The notes under the pieces are model-generated. The model was not told where the DNA came from, did not search any database, and saw nothing but the letters and a program-made list of their open reading frames with translations. Positions 1 to 9,426 of a stretch of DNA of 52,757 bases are shown here, in pieces. The position numbers and the translations under genes were made by a program. Source of the DNA: an uncultured bacterium (GTDB taxonomy: Bacteria > Krumholzibacteriota > Krumholzibacteriia > Krumholzibacteriales > Krumholzibacteriaceae); NCBI GenBank assembly GCA_965371515.1, contig CBDUYR010000019.1, positions 1-52,757 on the forward strand, in the 5' to 3' direction. The stretch's first letter is position 1; the number at the start of each line of letters is the position of its first letter.

Positions 1-2
1 CC

Positions 3-2171
3 AACGCGATCGAGGCGGAGGTCTACGCGCTCAGCGCCTTCGTGATGGGGCTCTGTACCTATCTCGCGCTGAGATGGCTCCGCAACCCGGCAGGCACTGT
101 CAGCAACGAGGAACGGGAGAGGCTGAAGGAATCGGAGGGGGCGAACGCGTCGAGGGCGATCGCCGATCTCGAGGCGGACAGGGGAGGCCACTCGAGAAAC
201 CTCATCCTGTTCGTCATCTACCTTCTTTCGCTCGGCATAGGCTTTCATCTCGGGACGATACTGGTCTTCGGCGGGATCTTTCTGCTGATACTGATGGTGA
301 AGGAGAAATCGTTCACCAATACGGAGCTTCTCATATTCACATTCGGGCTGGCCGTCGTCCTTGCCGACATGACGCTTCACCGCAATACGTCGCTGACACT
401 GGTCGGGTTCGGGATATTCGGCGTTCTGTTGATCTGGACCTCGATATCGAAAGGCAAGTTCGCGCTGTACGCGACACTGCTGTTCATTCTCGGCGTGTCC
501 GTCCATCTCTTCATGTTCATCCGCTCGTTCCACGACCCTGCGATCGACATGGTCGATCCGCAGAACTGGGACGCGATGTACGCGCACCTGCGCAGGGAGC
601 AGTATCCCCCGATAAACGTCTTCGTGAGGAAGGCCTCGCCTCTCTTCCAGATACGCCACTTCTGGAATTACTTCCAGGAGCAGTTCAGGCTCTTCGGCGA
701 CGTCTATCTCGGATGGGTCAACCTCGGCGCCGCGAGCGTTTTCGTTCCTCTGACGCTGGGGATCTGGGGGATCGCCGCGAACTACCTGAGAGACAGGAAG
801 TCGTGGGTACTGAACTTCACCGTGCTGGCGCTCAACTCGATCGGCCTGATCGTCTTCCTCAACTTCAGCGACAGCGAGGTCAGGGAAAGGGATTACTTCT
901 ACGGCGGGGCGTTCTACTATTTTTCCATTTTTATAGGGATCGGGGCGACGGCGCTGATCGTGCTGGTGATAGACGAGGCCAAGGCAAGACGGAAGGATAC
1001 GCTGAAGTGGGCCGCCGGAGTGGCGGTGATTCTGGTGATCCTGGCCATCCTGCCTATGAAATACCAGTGGTTCAGCCACGATCGTTCGAAGGACTACATC
1101 CCGAGGGATTACGCTTACAACATACTAGCCGGGCTCGAGCCCGACGCGATAATATTCACCAACGGGGACAACGACACATACCCTCTGTGGTACATACAGA
1201 TGGTCGAGGGGTTCAGACCCGACGTCAATATAGCAAACCTCTCCCTGCTCAACACGAGCTGGTACATAGAACAGCTGCGCGACCGCAAGCCGGCTGTACC
1301 GATATCACTGACCGACGAAGAGATAGAGAGGATCCGTCCGATGGTGCTCAAGGATGGCGGCGTTGCGTGGAGGCGCGATCTCATGATGCAGCACATCATA
1401 CAGGAGGCGAATTGGAAACGGCCGATCTATGTCGCCGTGACCGTTCCCCCGGAGATCTGGAATCCGTACGCCGAATATCTCGAGATGCAGGGGATGGTCC
1501 GCAAACTAGTCACCAGTAAGAAGCAGTATCAGATAAACGAGTTCCAGATGAAACGCAATTTCGAGCACATCTTCGAGTTCCGGGGAGTGCTGAACAGTGA
1601 CTGGGAGATCGACACTTCGGTCTACAGGACGACCGACACGAAGGGGATGTTCATCAATTTCGCGGTCGCCGCCTTCCAGCTCGCCCAGAAGGCCTCGGCG
1701 AGGAAGGATTACCCCGAGGCGATGAGATGGGCCGAGCTTTCGTACAGGCTCAATCCCGACTTCGAGTTCCCGAGGAAATACCTCGGCCTGTACTACAGCC
1801 GCGCCGGCCATTTCGACAAGGCCGTCGAACATTACACGAGGGAGATCGAGCGCGATCCCTCGAGCGGCGAATTCTGGATGGGACTGGCGAGCAGCTACGA
1901 GGACAATGGCGACAGGGAGGGAGCACTCGATGTCCTCAGCAGGGCGATCGTCGCCGCACCCGGCAACAGGGATCTTTTCGGGCACGGCTTCAGGCTGTCG
2001 GCCCTCCTGGGCAGAAGGGAGCAGGCGAAGGACTTTGTCCGAAGCTGGCTCGACGGGCATCCGGGCGACCGGGAATTCAGGCAGCTTTACGACAATATCG
2101 ACCATGTACTCGATACTGAGTTCGGGGCCGGCGGATCACCGGCGCCGGATTCGTCGGAGGAGACAAATTGA
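3..2171 (+). CDS. DUF2723/TMEM260-like GT-C membrane glycosyltransferase with C-terminal TPRs (5' partial)
   Basis: Frame is open from base 3 (NAIEAEVYALSAF). Multiple TM helices and the motifs EAEVY, REQY, RERDYFY and FTNGDNDTYPLWY.Q.VEG.RPDV are typical of DUF2723. The C-terminus is TPR-like. Confidence 0.85.
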   Translation, partial: NAIEAEVYALSAFVMGLCTYLALRWLRNPAGTVSNEERERLKESEGANASRAIADLEADRGGHSRNLILFVIYLLSLGIGFHLGTILVFGGIFLLILMVKEKSFTNTELLIFTFGLAVVLADMTLHRNTSLTLVGFGIFGVLLIWTSISKGKFALYATLLFILGVSVHLFMFIRSFHDPAIDMVDPQNWDAMYAHLRREQYPPINVFVRKASPLFQIRHFWNYFQEQFRLFGDVYLGWVNLGAASVFVPLTLGIWGIAANYLRDRKSWVLNFTVLALNSIGLIVFLNFSDSEVRERDYFYGGAFYYFSIFIGIGATALIVLVIDEAKARRKDTLKWAAGVAVILVILAILPMKYQWFSHDRSKDYIPRDYAYNILAGLEPDAIIFTNGDNDTYPLWYIQMVEGFRPDVNIANLSLLNTSWYIEQLRDRKPAVPISLTDEEIERIRPMVLKDGGVAWRRDLMMQHIIQEANWKRPIYVAVTVPPEIWNPYAEYLEMQGMVRKLVTSKKQYQINEFQMKRNFEHIFEFRGVLNSDWEIDTSVYRTTDTKGMFINFAVAAFQLAQKASARKDYPEAMRWAELSYRLNPDFEFPRKYLGLYYSRAGHFDKAVEHYTREIERDPSSGEFWMGLASSYEDNGDREGALDVLSRAIVAAPGNRDLFGHGFRLSALLGRREQAKDFVRSWLDGHPGDREFRQLYDNIDHVLDTEFGAGGSPAPDSSEETN

Positions 2172-3109
2172 ACGATAAGGCTCTTGTAACCGGAGCGGCG
2201 GGATTCATCGGATCGCATCTGTGCGAAAGACTCGTCTCCGACGGGTGGTCGGTCACGGGAATAGACAGTTTCACAGATTATTACGATCCGCAGAGGAAGC
2301 GGATGCATATCTCCGGCCTGGCCGGGTCGAAGAACTTCAGTCTTGTAGAGGAGGACCTGAACAGCTGTGACCTTGCCGCCCACCTCGAGGGTGTCTCGTG
2401 CGTATTTCACCTGGCCGCGCAGGCCGGCGTGAGGAGGAGCTGGGGAGCCGAGTTCTCACACTACATCGATTCGAACATCCTGGCCTCGCAGAAGCTCCTC
2501 GAGGCGATGAAAGATACGGAGATCCCGCTCGTCTACTCGAGCTCGAGCTCGGTATACGGCGACACGAGAGAACTGCCGATGCGCGAGGACCACGTCACCA
2601 GCCCCGTCTCGCCTTACGGAGCGACCAAGCTCTCGGCGGAACATCTCTGCGAGCTCTACCGGGTCAACTTCGGCCTGCGCTACGTAGCGTTGAGATATTT
2701 CACCGTCTATGGCCCGAGGCAGAGGCCTGACATGGCGTTCAGCAGGTTCATAAAAGCGGCGCTGGGTGATGGCGGCATAGAGATCTACGGCGACGGGAAG
2801 CAGACGAGAGATTTCACATTCGTCTTTGACGCGATCGAGGCGAACGTGCTCGCCTCCCGGTACGAGGGAGACGGGAATATATTCAATATCGGGGGGGGGA
2901 GCAGAAGCTCGGTCCTCGAGGTCATCGAGATCATCCGCAGGGAAACGGGGGGCGATCCGCCGGTCCGTTTCATGGAAAGGGCAAGGGGGGACGTCCTCGA
3001 TACGTGGGCCGATACAACGAAGGCTGCGGGAGAGCTTGGTTTTACTCCGACCATCGGACTGGAAGAAGGGTTGAGGCGCGAGATCGAATGGTACAGGAAC
3101 CATTCCTGA
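2168..3109 (+). CDS. NAD-dependent nucleotide-sugar epimerase/dehydratase (extended SDR, UDP-glucuronate/glucose 4-epimerase-like)
   Basis: TGAAGFIG Rossmann motif, HLAAQAGVR, SSSSVYG, YGATK (YxxxK), RYFTVYGPRQRPDMA. TTG start overlaps the upstream stop. Confidence 0.92.
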   Translation: MNDKALVTGAAGFIGSHLCERLVSDGWSVTGIDSFTDYYDPQRKRMHISGLAGSKNFSLVEEDLNSCDLAAHLEGVSCVFHLAAQAGVRRSWGAEFSHYIDSNILASQKLLEAMKDTEIPLVYSSSSSVYGDTRELPMREDHVTSPVSPYGATKLSAEHLCELYRVNFGLRYVALRYFTVYGPRQRPDMAFSRFIKAALGDGGIEIYGDGKQTRDFTFVFDAIEANVLASRYEGDGNIFNIGGGSRSSVLEVIEIIRRETGGDPPVRFMERARGDVLDTWADTTKAAGELGFTPTIGLEEGLRREIEWYRNHS

Positions 3110-3131
3110 CGCGGAAGACCGGAGGTAGATC

Positions 3132-4076
3132 TTGGAAAACGCGAGAAAATACAGTGTGACGGTGATCATCCCGACCTATAACGAGGAAGGCAGCCTCGAA
3201 GAGCTCTACGGCCGGCTCACTTCGATGCTCGAGCAAACGGCCTCCGCCCACGAACTCCTCTTCGTCGACGACGGCTCGACCGACTCGTCCCTGCAGGTCA
3301 TCATGAAGCTCAGAGATAACGACAGGCGGGTCAAGATAATAAGCTTCTCGAGAAACAATGGAAAATCCCCCGCACTCGACGAGGGTTTCAAGGCGGCGAA
3401 GGGAGATATAGTCGTCACTATCGACGCCGATCTCCAGGACAATCCGGACGAGATACCGGCGATGATCGCGAAGCTCGACGAGGGGTACGACCTGATCTCC
3501 GGCTGGAAGCGGGACAGAAAGGACCCGATAGCGAAGACCTGGCCTTCGAAGCTCTTCAACTTTGTCACATCCGTCGCAAGCGGGATAACGCTTCATGATT
3601 TCAACTGCGGCCTGAAGGTCTATCGCAGGGAAGTCGTAAAGAGGGTCCACATCTACGGCGAGCTTCACAGGTTCATTCCCGTGCTGGCGGGATGGGAGGG
3701 CTTCAGTATAGGGGAGATGAAGGTATCTCATTTCGAGCGGCAGTACGGCAGGAGCAAGTACGGGACGAAGAGGCTTCTCAACGGGATGTTCGATTTGATG
3801 ACGGTAATGTTCATCACGCGCAGATCCACGACGCCTCTCCATTTCTTCGGCAGGATAGCCTTTTCATTCTTTGCTGCCGGCGGCCTGATCAACCTTTATT
3901 TCCTCGTGCAGTGGATAATGGGAAAGGGGCTTCACGTGAGGCCACTGATGGTCCTCGGCCTGATCATGATAGTGATCGCGATACAGATCGGCTCGATCGG
4001 TCTGTTGGCCGAGCTGTTTTCCTCCACGCTGAAGAGGACCTTCTCTTTCCGTGAGTACGAGATAGATGACCAGTAG
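3132..4076 (+). CDS. GT2 polyprenol-phosphate sugar synthase (ArnC/GtrB-like, two C-terminal TMs)
   Basis: IPTYNE, DDGSTD, DADLQD, DFNCGLK, GELHRFIP and two hydrophobic C-terminal helices. RBS GGAGG upstream. Confidence 0.88.
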   Translation: MENARKYSVTVIIPTYNEEGSLEELYGRLTSMLEQTASAHELLFVDDGSTDSSLQVIMKLRDNDRRVKIISFSRNNGKSPALDEGFKAAKGDIVVTIDADLQDNPDEIPAMIAKLDEGYDLISGWKRDRKDPIAKTWPSKLFNFVTSVASGITLHDFNCGLKVYRREVVKRVHIYGELHRFIPVLAGWEGFSIGEMKVSHFERQYGRSKYGTKRLLNGMFDLMTVMFITRRSTTPLHFFGRIAFSFFAAGGLINLYFLVQWIMGKGLHVRPLMVLGLIMIVIAIQIGSIGLLAELFSSTLKRTFSFREYEIDDQ

Positions 4077-5235
4077 CGAAGAATCAGTCAGAAAACTGAG
4101 GATCTGCCTCGTGGGGCCGGCCTGGCCGTTCAGGGGAGGGATCTCCCACTACAACACGAGCCTCGCCCGGGAGCTGGCCAGTCGTCACGAGGTGAGCGTC
4201 ATCAACTATTCGAGACTCTATCCCGATTTCCTCTTTCCCGGAAAGACCCAGTACGACGAGAGTGGATCGACGCACCGCGTCGATTCGGAGAGACTGATAG
4301 ACTCTGTCAATCCCCTCACCTGGATAAGGACCGGTTTCCGGATAGCCCGGATGAAACCTGATCTGACAGTGGTCCAGTGGTGGCATCCCTACTTTGCTCC
4401 GGCGCTGGTAATGATATGCCTGATACTGAGGATGTTTAGCTGTACGAAGATCGTTTTTATCTGTCATAACGTTGTTCCGCACGAGACGTCGCCGATCGAC
4501 AGGATGCTCTCGTCGATCGCTTTTCTCATGCCTCATGCATTCATCGTCCAGTCGCAGGGCGACAGGCGCAATCTGCTGAGGATCAGGAAGAAGGCAGCCG
4601 TGTCTTCGCATCCCCTTCCGATATTCGATTTCTTCAGGAGAGGCGATATTTCGAAGGACGAGGCCCGTACAGAGATCGGAGAGGACTCCGGCCCGCTCCT
4701 TCTCTTTTTCGGTCTTATACGTCCCTACAAGGGGTTGCTCCACCTGATCGAGGCAATGCCATCGATCGGAGAGCGGACGGGAGCAAGACTCCTCGTCGTC
4801 GGTGAGTTCTACGAGGACAGCGCACCATACTTCGAGCTGGCCGGGAAACTGGGCGTTTCAGACAGGATCGGGTTCGTCGACAGGTATATAGCCAACGAAG
4901 AGGTCGCTGCCTACTTCACCGCCGCCGACCTCGTGATGCTTCCGTACATATCGGCCACGCAGAGCGCTATCGCTCAGGTGGCCGTCGCGTTCGACCGCCC
5001 GATGATAGCGACCCGTGTGGGCGGTCTCCCCGAGGTAGTCTCTGAGGGAAAGACCGGATTCATCGTTCCGCCGGCTGATCCGGAAGGTATGGCGGATGCG
5101 GTCTCGAAATTTTTCGACGAGGGGTGGGGAGAGAGGATGGCTCCGAATTTCGAGGAGGAGAAGAAACGTTTCTCATGGTCCTCTCTCGCGGACGCCATCG
5201 AGGGTTTGTATACGACCGTTTCCAGGAGCGAGTGA
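4066..5235 (+). CDS. GT4 glycosyltransferase
   Basis: GPAWPFRGGI N-terminal loop, FFGLIRPYKG, LPYISATQS, ATRVGGLPEVV. Confidence 0.9.
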   Translation: MTSSEESVRKLRICLVGPAWPFRGGISHYNTSLARELASRHEVSVINYSRLYPDFLFPGKTQYDESGSTHRVDSERLIDSVNPLTWIRTGFRIARMKPDLTVVQWWHPYFAPALVMICLILRMFSCTKIVFICHNVVPHETSPIDRMLSSIAFLMPHAFIVQSQGDRRNLLRIRKKAAVSSHPLPIFDFFRRGDISKDEARTEIGEDSGPLLLFFGLIRPYKGLLHLIEAMPSIGERTGARLLVVGEFYEDSAPYFELAGKLGVSDRIGFVDRYIANEEVAAYFTAADLVMLPYISATQSAIAQVAVAFDRPMIATRVGGLPEVVSEGKTGFIVPPADPEGMADAVSKFFDEGWGERMAPNFEEEKKRFSWSSLADAIEGLYTTVSRSE

Positions 5236-5236
5236 G

Positions 5237-6127
5237 ATGGATCAACCCACGGTATACATCATCATCCTCAACTGGAACGGGCAGGAAGTGCTCGGTCCGT
5301 GCCTCGATTCCCTCATGCGCGTCACCGATCCTCAGCTCGAGATAATCGTCGTCGACAACGGCTCGACCGATTCCTCCCGGGAGATCGTCCGGCAGGGATT
5401 CCCGGGAGTGGAACTGATCGAGAACGGTGAGAACCTTCTTTTTGCCGCGGGCAACAATGTCGGCATCGAGGTTGCCCTTGAGAGGGGAGCGGAGTTCATC
5501 CTCCTGCTGAACAACGATACGGAGGTCGATCCGCTCTTCGCGGCTGAAATGCTCCGGGCGTTCGATGATTCCGCCGTGGGCGTAGCAGGGCCGAAGATAT
5601 ATTACTACGACGATCAGGAGAGGATCTGGTACGGGGGAGGGGGATTCAACAGGCTCACCGGAGTGCCCTTTCACCGCGGCCTCCGCAGGGTGGAGGGCTC
5701 GTTCGACGATACGCCCGGCGAGACCGGATGGGTGACCGGATGCGCCCTGATGGCGAGGCGGGAGGTCTTCGAGCAGATCGGTCACCTCGACCCGTCGTAC
5801 ACGATCTACTGCGAGGACGTCGACTTCTGCCTGCGGGCGGCATCGGCCGGCTGGTCGCTGCGGTATGTCCCGTCGGCGAAACTCTGGCACAAGGTGAGCT
5901 CGAGCAGCGGAGGCGGAATGACTCCCTTCAAACTCGAGAACAGGATCGCCGGCACGTGGAAGCTCTTCGCCAGGCACAGGCCGTTCAGTTGGCGGGCGAT
6001 CCATTTCCCGGTCCACGCGGTATCCTTTCTCGGGCTGTCCCTCGGTCTTCTCCTGACGGGGAGGTGGAAGCTGCTTCTGGCGGCGATGAGGGGGGCGGCG
6101 AGGGCATCGGGGATCAGGTCCTCCTGA
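5237..6127 (+). CDS. GT2 glycosyltransferase (WbbL/rhamnosyltransferase-like)
   Basis: ILNWNG, DNGSTD, AAGNNVG, LLNNDT, GCALM, YCEDVDFCLR. Start moved to ATG 5237, just after the upstream stop. Confidence 0.88.
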   Translation: MDQPTVYIIILNWNGQEVLGPCLDSLMRVTDPQLEIIVVDNGSTDSSREIVRQGFPGVELIENGENLLFAAGNNVGIEVALERGAEFILLLNNDTEVDPLFAAEMLRAFDDSAVGVAGPKIYYYDDQERIWYGGGGFNRLTGVPFHRGLRRVEGSFDDTPGETGWVTGCALMARREVFEQIGHLDPSYTIYCEDVDFCLRAASAGWSLRYVPSAKLWHKVSSSSGGGMTPFKLENRIAGTWKLFARHRPFSWRAIHFPVHAVSFLGLSLGLLLTGRWKLLLAAMRGAARASGIRSS

Positions 6128-6141
6128 CCGGGAAAGGGATT

Positions 6142-6169
6142 TTGACCATTTACCGGCCGATGTTAAAGT
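6142..6169 (+). promoter_or_regulatory. putative sigma70 promoter for the second half of the glycosylation locus
   Basis: TTGACC (6142-6147), 16 nt spacer, then TGn-TAAAGT extended -10 (6164-6169), in the AT-richer gap before the YfhO-like gene. Confidence 0.5.
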
Positions 6170-6218
6170 GATAGAATCAATCGGGTAGCATGCCCCTGTA
6201 TTGATAGAGGAGAGTTTA

Positions 6219-8687
6219 TTGGCTGGAAAGAGCAAGCCGGCCGGACAGGTTCGTGAAGCGTTCGATCCCGTCGGCAGCTTCGATTCCATGAAGGGGTGGA
6301 AAAGGGGTATCACGGCGGCCGTAATCCTGATGGCCGTGCTCGCTATCCTCGTTCCCGAACTTGTCTTCCTCGATAATGTCTTTGTCGCGCCCGACACGAA
6401 GGCGCCGATGAGCTTCAGGACTGTGGGCAGGGCGAGTCTCGAAGAGGGGACTTATCCCCTCTGGAACCCTTACCTGTTCTGCGGGATGCCGAGCTTCTCG
6501 AGCCTCGCCTACGCTCCGTACGTCTACCCGGCAGCGTACATAACGCATATCCTGTACACTTACGCCGGATTCCCGGCGATGGCGTGGCTTCTGCTTCATT
6601 ATCTTCTCGCCGGCGCCGGGATGTATCTGCTGGCCAGGTCGTTCGGGATACGTCCCTCGATCTCCCTGCTGGCCGGTGTACTCTTCATGATAATGCCGAA
6701 TTACGTGGCTGCCGGAGCGAACGGTCACGGATCCAAGGTGGGTGCCATCGCATGGATGCCGCTGGCGCTGCTTTTCGCAAGGGGCGTGCTCGAAGGAAGG
6801 AAGAAGATCGGTTCGGCAGCTCTGCTGGCCATCGTTCTCGGCATGCAGATGCTGCGTGGCCACATACAGATCGCGTACTACACTTTCCTGCTCATAGGGC
6901 TGTTGTTCATATTCGAAACGGTCGGGCATATCAGGGAAGGTAAGGGAAAGGAAGCGCTCGCCGGATCCGGACTGCTTGCCGTTTCCTTCGTCCTTGCCCT
7001 GGGGATCGCCGCCGTTCTTGTCTTTCCCGTGCGCGACTACTCCGTCTGGTCGATCCGCGGCGGAAGCGGCGGGGGGCTGGACTATGACTATGCGACAGGA
7101 TGGTCCCTCTCTCCGAAGGAGATGATGACCTTCTTTCTGCCATGGTCCAGCGGATTCGGCAAGGCGACATACTGGGGCAGCATGCCCTTCACCGATTATC
7201 CCAACTACATCGGGCTGGTGACGGCGCTGTTCACATTTATCGGAGCCGTCATCGTAAAGGGCAGGGCGAAGTGGTTCCTTCTGACGGCGGCGGTCCTCGC
7301 CACGCTGATCAGTTTCGGCAGGCACTTCCCTCTACTCTACGATCCATTGTTCAGATTTCTGCCATGGTTCGACAAGTTCCGTGTTCCCGTGATGATCCTG
7401 ATCGTACAGCAGCTCGTTCTCGTCGTACTGGCGGGGCTCGGTATCGAAGAACTTATGCGCAGGTCCGAAGAGGGCTCTCTTCCCGAATCTCTCGGGGCGG
7501 GCAGGTTGAAATGGGTGATGATCGTGTGCGCGGTCGTGCTGGTGCTCGTACTGGTCGCCGGAGGCTCGATACGCTCAGCCATCGAATCGAACCCCGCGGT
7601 AAGGGCAAGGGTCAAGGGCGAGTGGACGACATTAGCCGCCGGCAGATTTTCGGACGACCTTATCCGGATATGGTTTTTTCTCCTGCTCACGGCAGGAACG
7701 GTCTTTCTCGCCGCAAGACGCTGGATCAGACCTGGACTTTTGATCGGGGCGATCGCCCTGATCGCGATAGTCGACCTGATGATGGTCGACCATACGATAG
7801 TGAGGCCGGAGAAGACCTGGCACTCCTCGAACTACAGGCTGATCAAACCTCTCTCAGAGAAGGAAAGCCTGGCGAAGCCTTCCGAGACGGCCGTGTTTAT
7901 ATCCGGAATGGAAGGGTATTTCAGGGTGTTTCCCGTTCCCGCCGCCAGGCCGGGCGGCTGGAGCCACAATGTATTCCCGTTCAGCGACAACAGCTACATG
8001 ATGGCCGGAATATTTTCGATGGGCGGGTATCACGCGGCCAAGCTGAAGAACTACCAGGACGTGATGGACGCCATGTTCGGCGTCTTCAACAGCGGGGGCA
8101 TGCCTCTTCCGATCCTCAACATGCTCAACGCAAGATATTTTCACTCGATGTTCCCGATCTTCAGGGATGATTCGCCTTTTCCGCTGGTATTCGAGAGGGA
8201 GAACAGCTATGTCTACGAGAATCCGTACGCGCTGCCGAGGGTTTTCCTGACGGGCAGCTACAGCGTCATGACGCACGGAGAGGTCCTTGCCGCGATCAGC
8301 CGGCAGGATTTCGATCCCGCCTCCGTGGTCCTGCTCGAGAAGGAGCCGGAGGTCATGCCGGAATCGGCCGAGGGGAGTGCGGCGGAGATCGTTGATTACG
8401 GATTGAACTCGATAACGATAAAGGCGCATGTAGAGAAACCGTGTATCATGGTAATCAGCGAGATAGACTACCCCGACTGGATAGCTACGTTCGGCGGAGA
8501 GGAGAGGGAGATCCTTACGGCGAATTACTGTCTCCGGGCCCTGCCGCTCGAGGCGGGAGATCACGAGATAGTGCTCGAGTACAGATCCTCCATTATCAGG
8601 AAATCTCTAGTACTGTCGGTCGTTTCGCTGATATTCGCCGCCGCGATTGCGGTGATCCCGGGAGTGACCGCGGGAAGAAAGGGATAG
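6219..8687 (+). CDS. YfhO-family GT-C membrane protein
   Basis: PLWNPYLFCGMP, GH.QI.YY, YATGWSL, YWG.MPFT.YPNYIG, DKFRVP, GGYHAAKL and C-terminal ENP.ALPR...YP.W.A...AN..LRA. TTG 6219 chosen because it follows GAGGAG (ORF track start is 6201). Confidence 0.85.
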   Translation: MAGKSKPAGQVREAFDPVGSFDSMKGWKRGITAAVILMAVLAILVPELVFLDNVFVAPDTKAPMSFRTVGRASLEEGTYPLWNPYLFCGMPSFSSLAYAPYVYPAAYITHILYTYAGFPAMAWLLLHYLLAGAGMYLLARSFGIRPSISLLAGVLFMIMPNYVAAGANGHGSKVGAIAWMPLALLFARGVLEGRKKIGSAALLAIVLGMQMLRGHIQIAYYTFLLIGLLFIFETVGHIREGKGKEALAGSGLLAVSFVLALGIAAVLVFPVRDYSVWSIRGGSGGGLDYDYATGWSLSPKEMMTFFLPWSSGFGKATYWGSMPFTDYPNYIGLVTALFTFIGAVIVKGRAKWFLLTAAVLATLISFGRHFPLLYDPLFRFLPWFDKFRVPVMILIVQQLVLVVLAGLGIEELMRRSEEGSLPESLGAGRLKWVMIVCAVVLVLVLVAGGSIRSAIESNPAVRARVKGEWTTLAAGRFSDDLIRIWFFLLLTAGTVFLAARRWIRPGLLIGAIALIAIVDLMMVDHTIVRPEKTWHSSNYRLIKPLSEKESLAKPSETAVFISGMEGYFRVFPVPAARPGGWSHNVFPFSDNSYMMAGIFSMGGYHAAKLKNYQDVMDAMFGVFNSGGMPLPILNMLNARYFHSMFPIFRDDSPFPLVFERENSYVYENPYALPRVFLTGSYSVMTHGEVLAAISRQDFDPASVVLLEKEPEVMPESAEGSAAEIVDYGLNSITIKAHVEKPCIMVISEIDYPDWIATFGGEEREILTANYCLRALPLEAGDHEIVLEYRSSIIRKSLVLSVVSLIFAAAIAVIPGVTAGRKG

Positions 8688-8691
8688 GCAA

Positions 8692-9408
8692 TTGAAAGCC
8701 CTCATCGTCGTACCGACGTATAATGAGAAGGAGAACATCGAGGGGATCATCGATGCCGTCCTCGCGCAGGGCGACGATATCGAGATCCTGGTCGTAGACG
8801 ACAACTCTCCCGACGGGACGGGGGAGATCGTCGATCGCCTCGCTGCCGCCGAATCGCGGATACACGCAATCCACCGGGAAGAGAAGCTCGGGCTCGGGTC
8901 GGCATACATAGCGGGATTCAAATGGGCGCTGGCCAATACCGACACGCAGTTCGTATTCGAGATGGATGCCGATTTCTCTCACGACCCGGCCGCCATCCCG
9001 GAGCTGCTGGAGAAGGCGAAGGATTATGACCTGGTGATCGGCTCGAGATATCTCCACGGTATAACCGTCATCAACTGGCCTTTGAGCAGGCTGATCCTCA
9101 GTTATGGGGCGAACACGTATACGCATATCGTCACGGGCCTTCCCCTGAAGGATTCGACAGGCGGCTTCAAGTGTTTCAGGCGAGAGACCCTCGAGCAGCT
9201 GCCTCTCGATACGATAAGAAGCGACGGATATTCATTCCAGATCGAGATGAACTTCTTCTGCTGGAAGAAGAAATTGCGGATAGTGGAGATACCGATCATC
9301 TTTACCGACAGGCGGGTCGGCATCTCGAAGATGTCGCGCAAGATCATCTGGGAAGCCGCCTTTATGGTCTGGAGACTGAGGTTTATGAATCCCAGGCGAT
9401 GGAAATAA
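8692..9408 (+). CDS. polyprenol monophosphomannose synthase (DPM1/Ppm1-like GT2)
   Basis: VPTYNEKENI, DDNSPDGT, KLGLGSAY, EMDADFSHDP, GSRY, DSTGGFKCFRR, GYSFQIEM, F.DRR.G.SKMS. Confidence 0.9.
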   Translation: MKALIVVPTYNEKENIEGIIDAVLAQGDDIEILVVDDNSPDGTGEIVDRLAAAESRIHAIHREEKLGLGSAYIAGFKWALANTDTQFVFEMDADFSHDPAAIPELLEKAKDYDLVIGSRYLHGITVINWPLSRLILSYGANTYTHIVTGLPLKDSTGGFKCFRRETLEQLPLDTIRSDGYSFQIEMNFFCWKKKLRIVEIPIIFTDRRVGISKMSRKIIWEAAFMVWRLRFMNPRRWK

Positions 9409-9426
9409 CCCCTCGATCGAAGCAAT

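Noticed and set aside
74..1519. 481-aa alternative-frame ORF on the + strand
   Set aside because: Arg/Gly-rich shadow frame lying inside the DUF2723 gene, as expected at high GC.
5060..6397. 445-aa minus-strand ORF
   Set aside because: Antisense to well-supported glycosyltransferase genes; no motifs.
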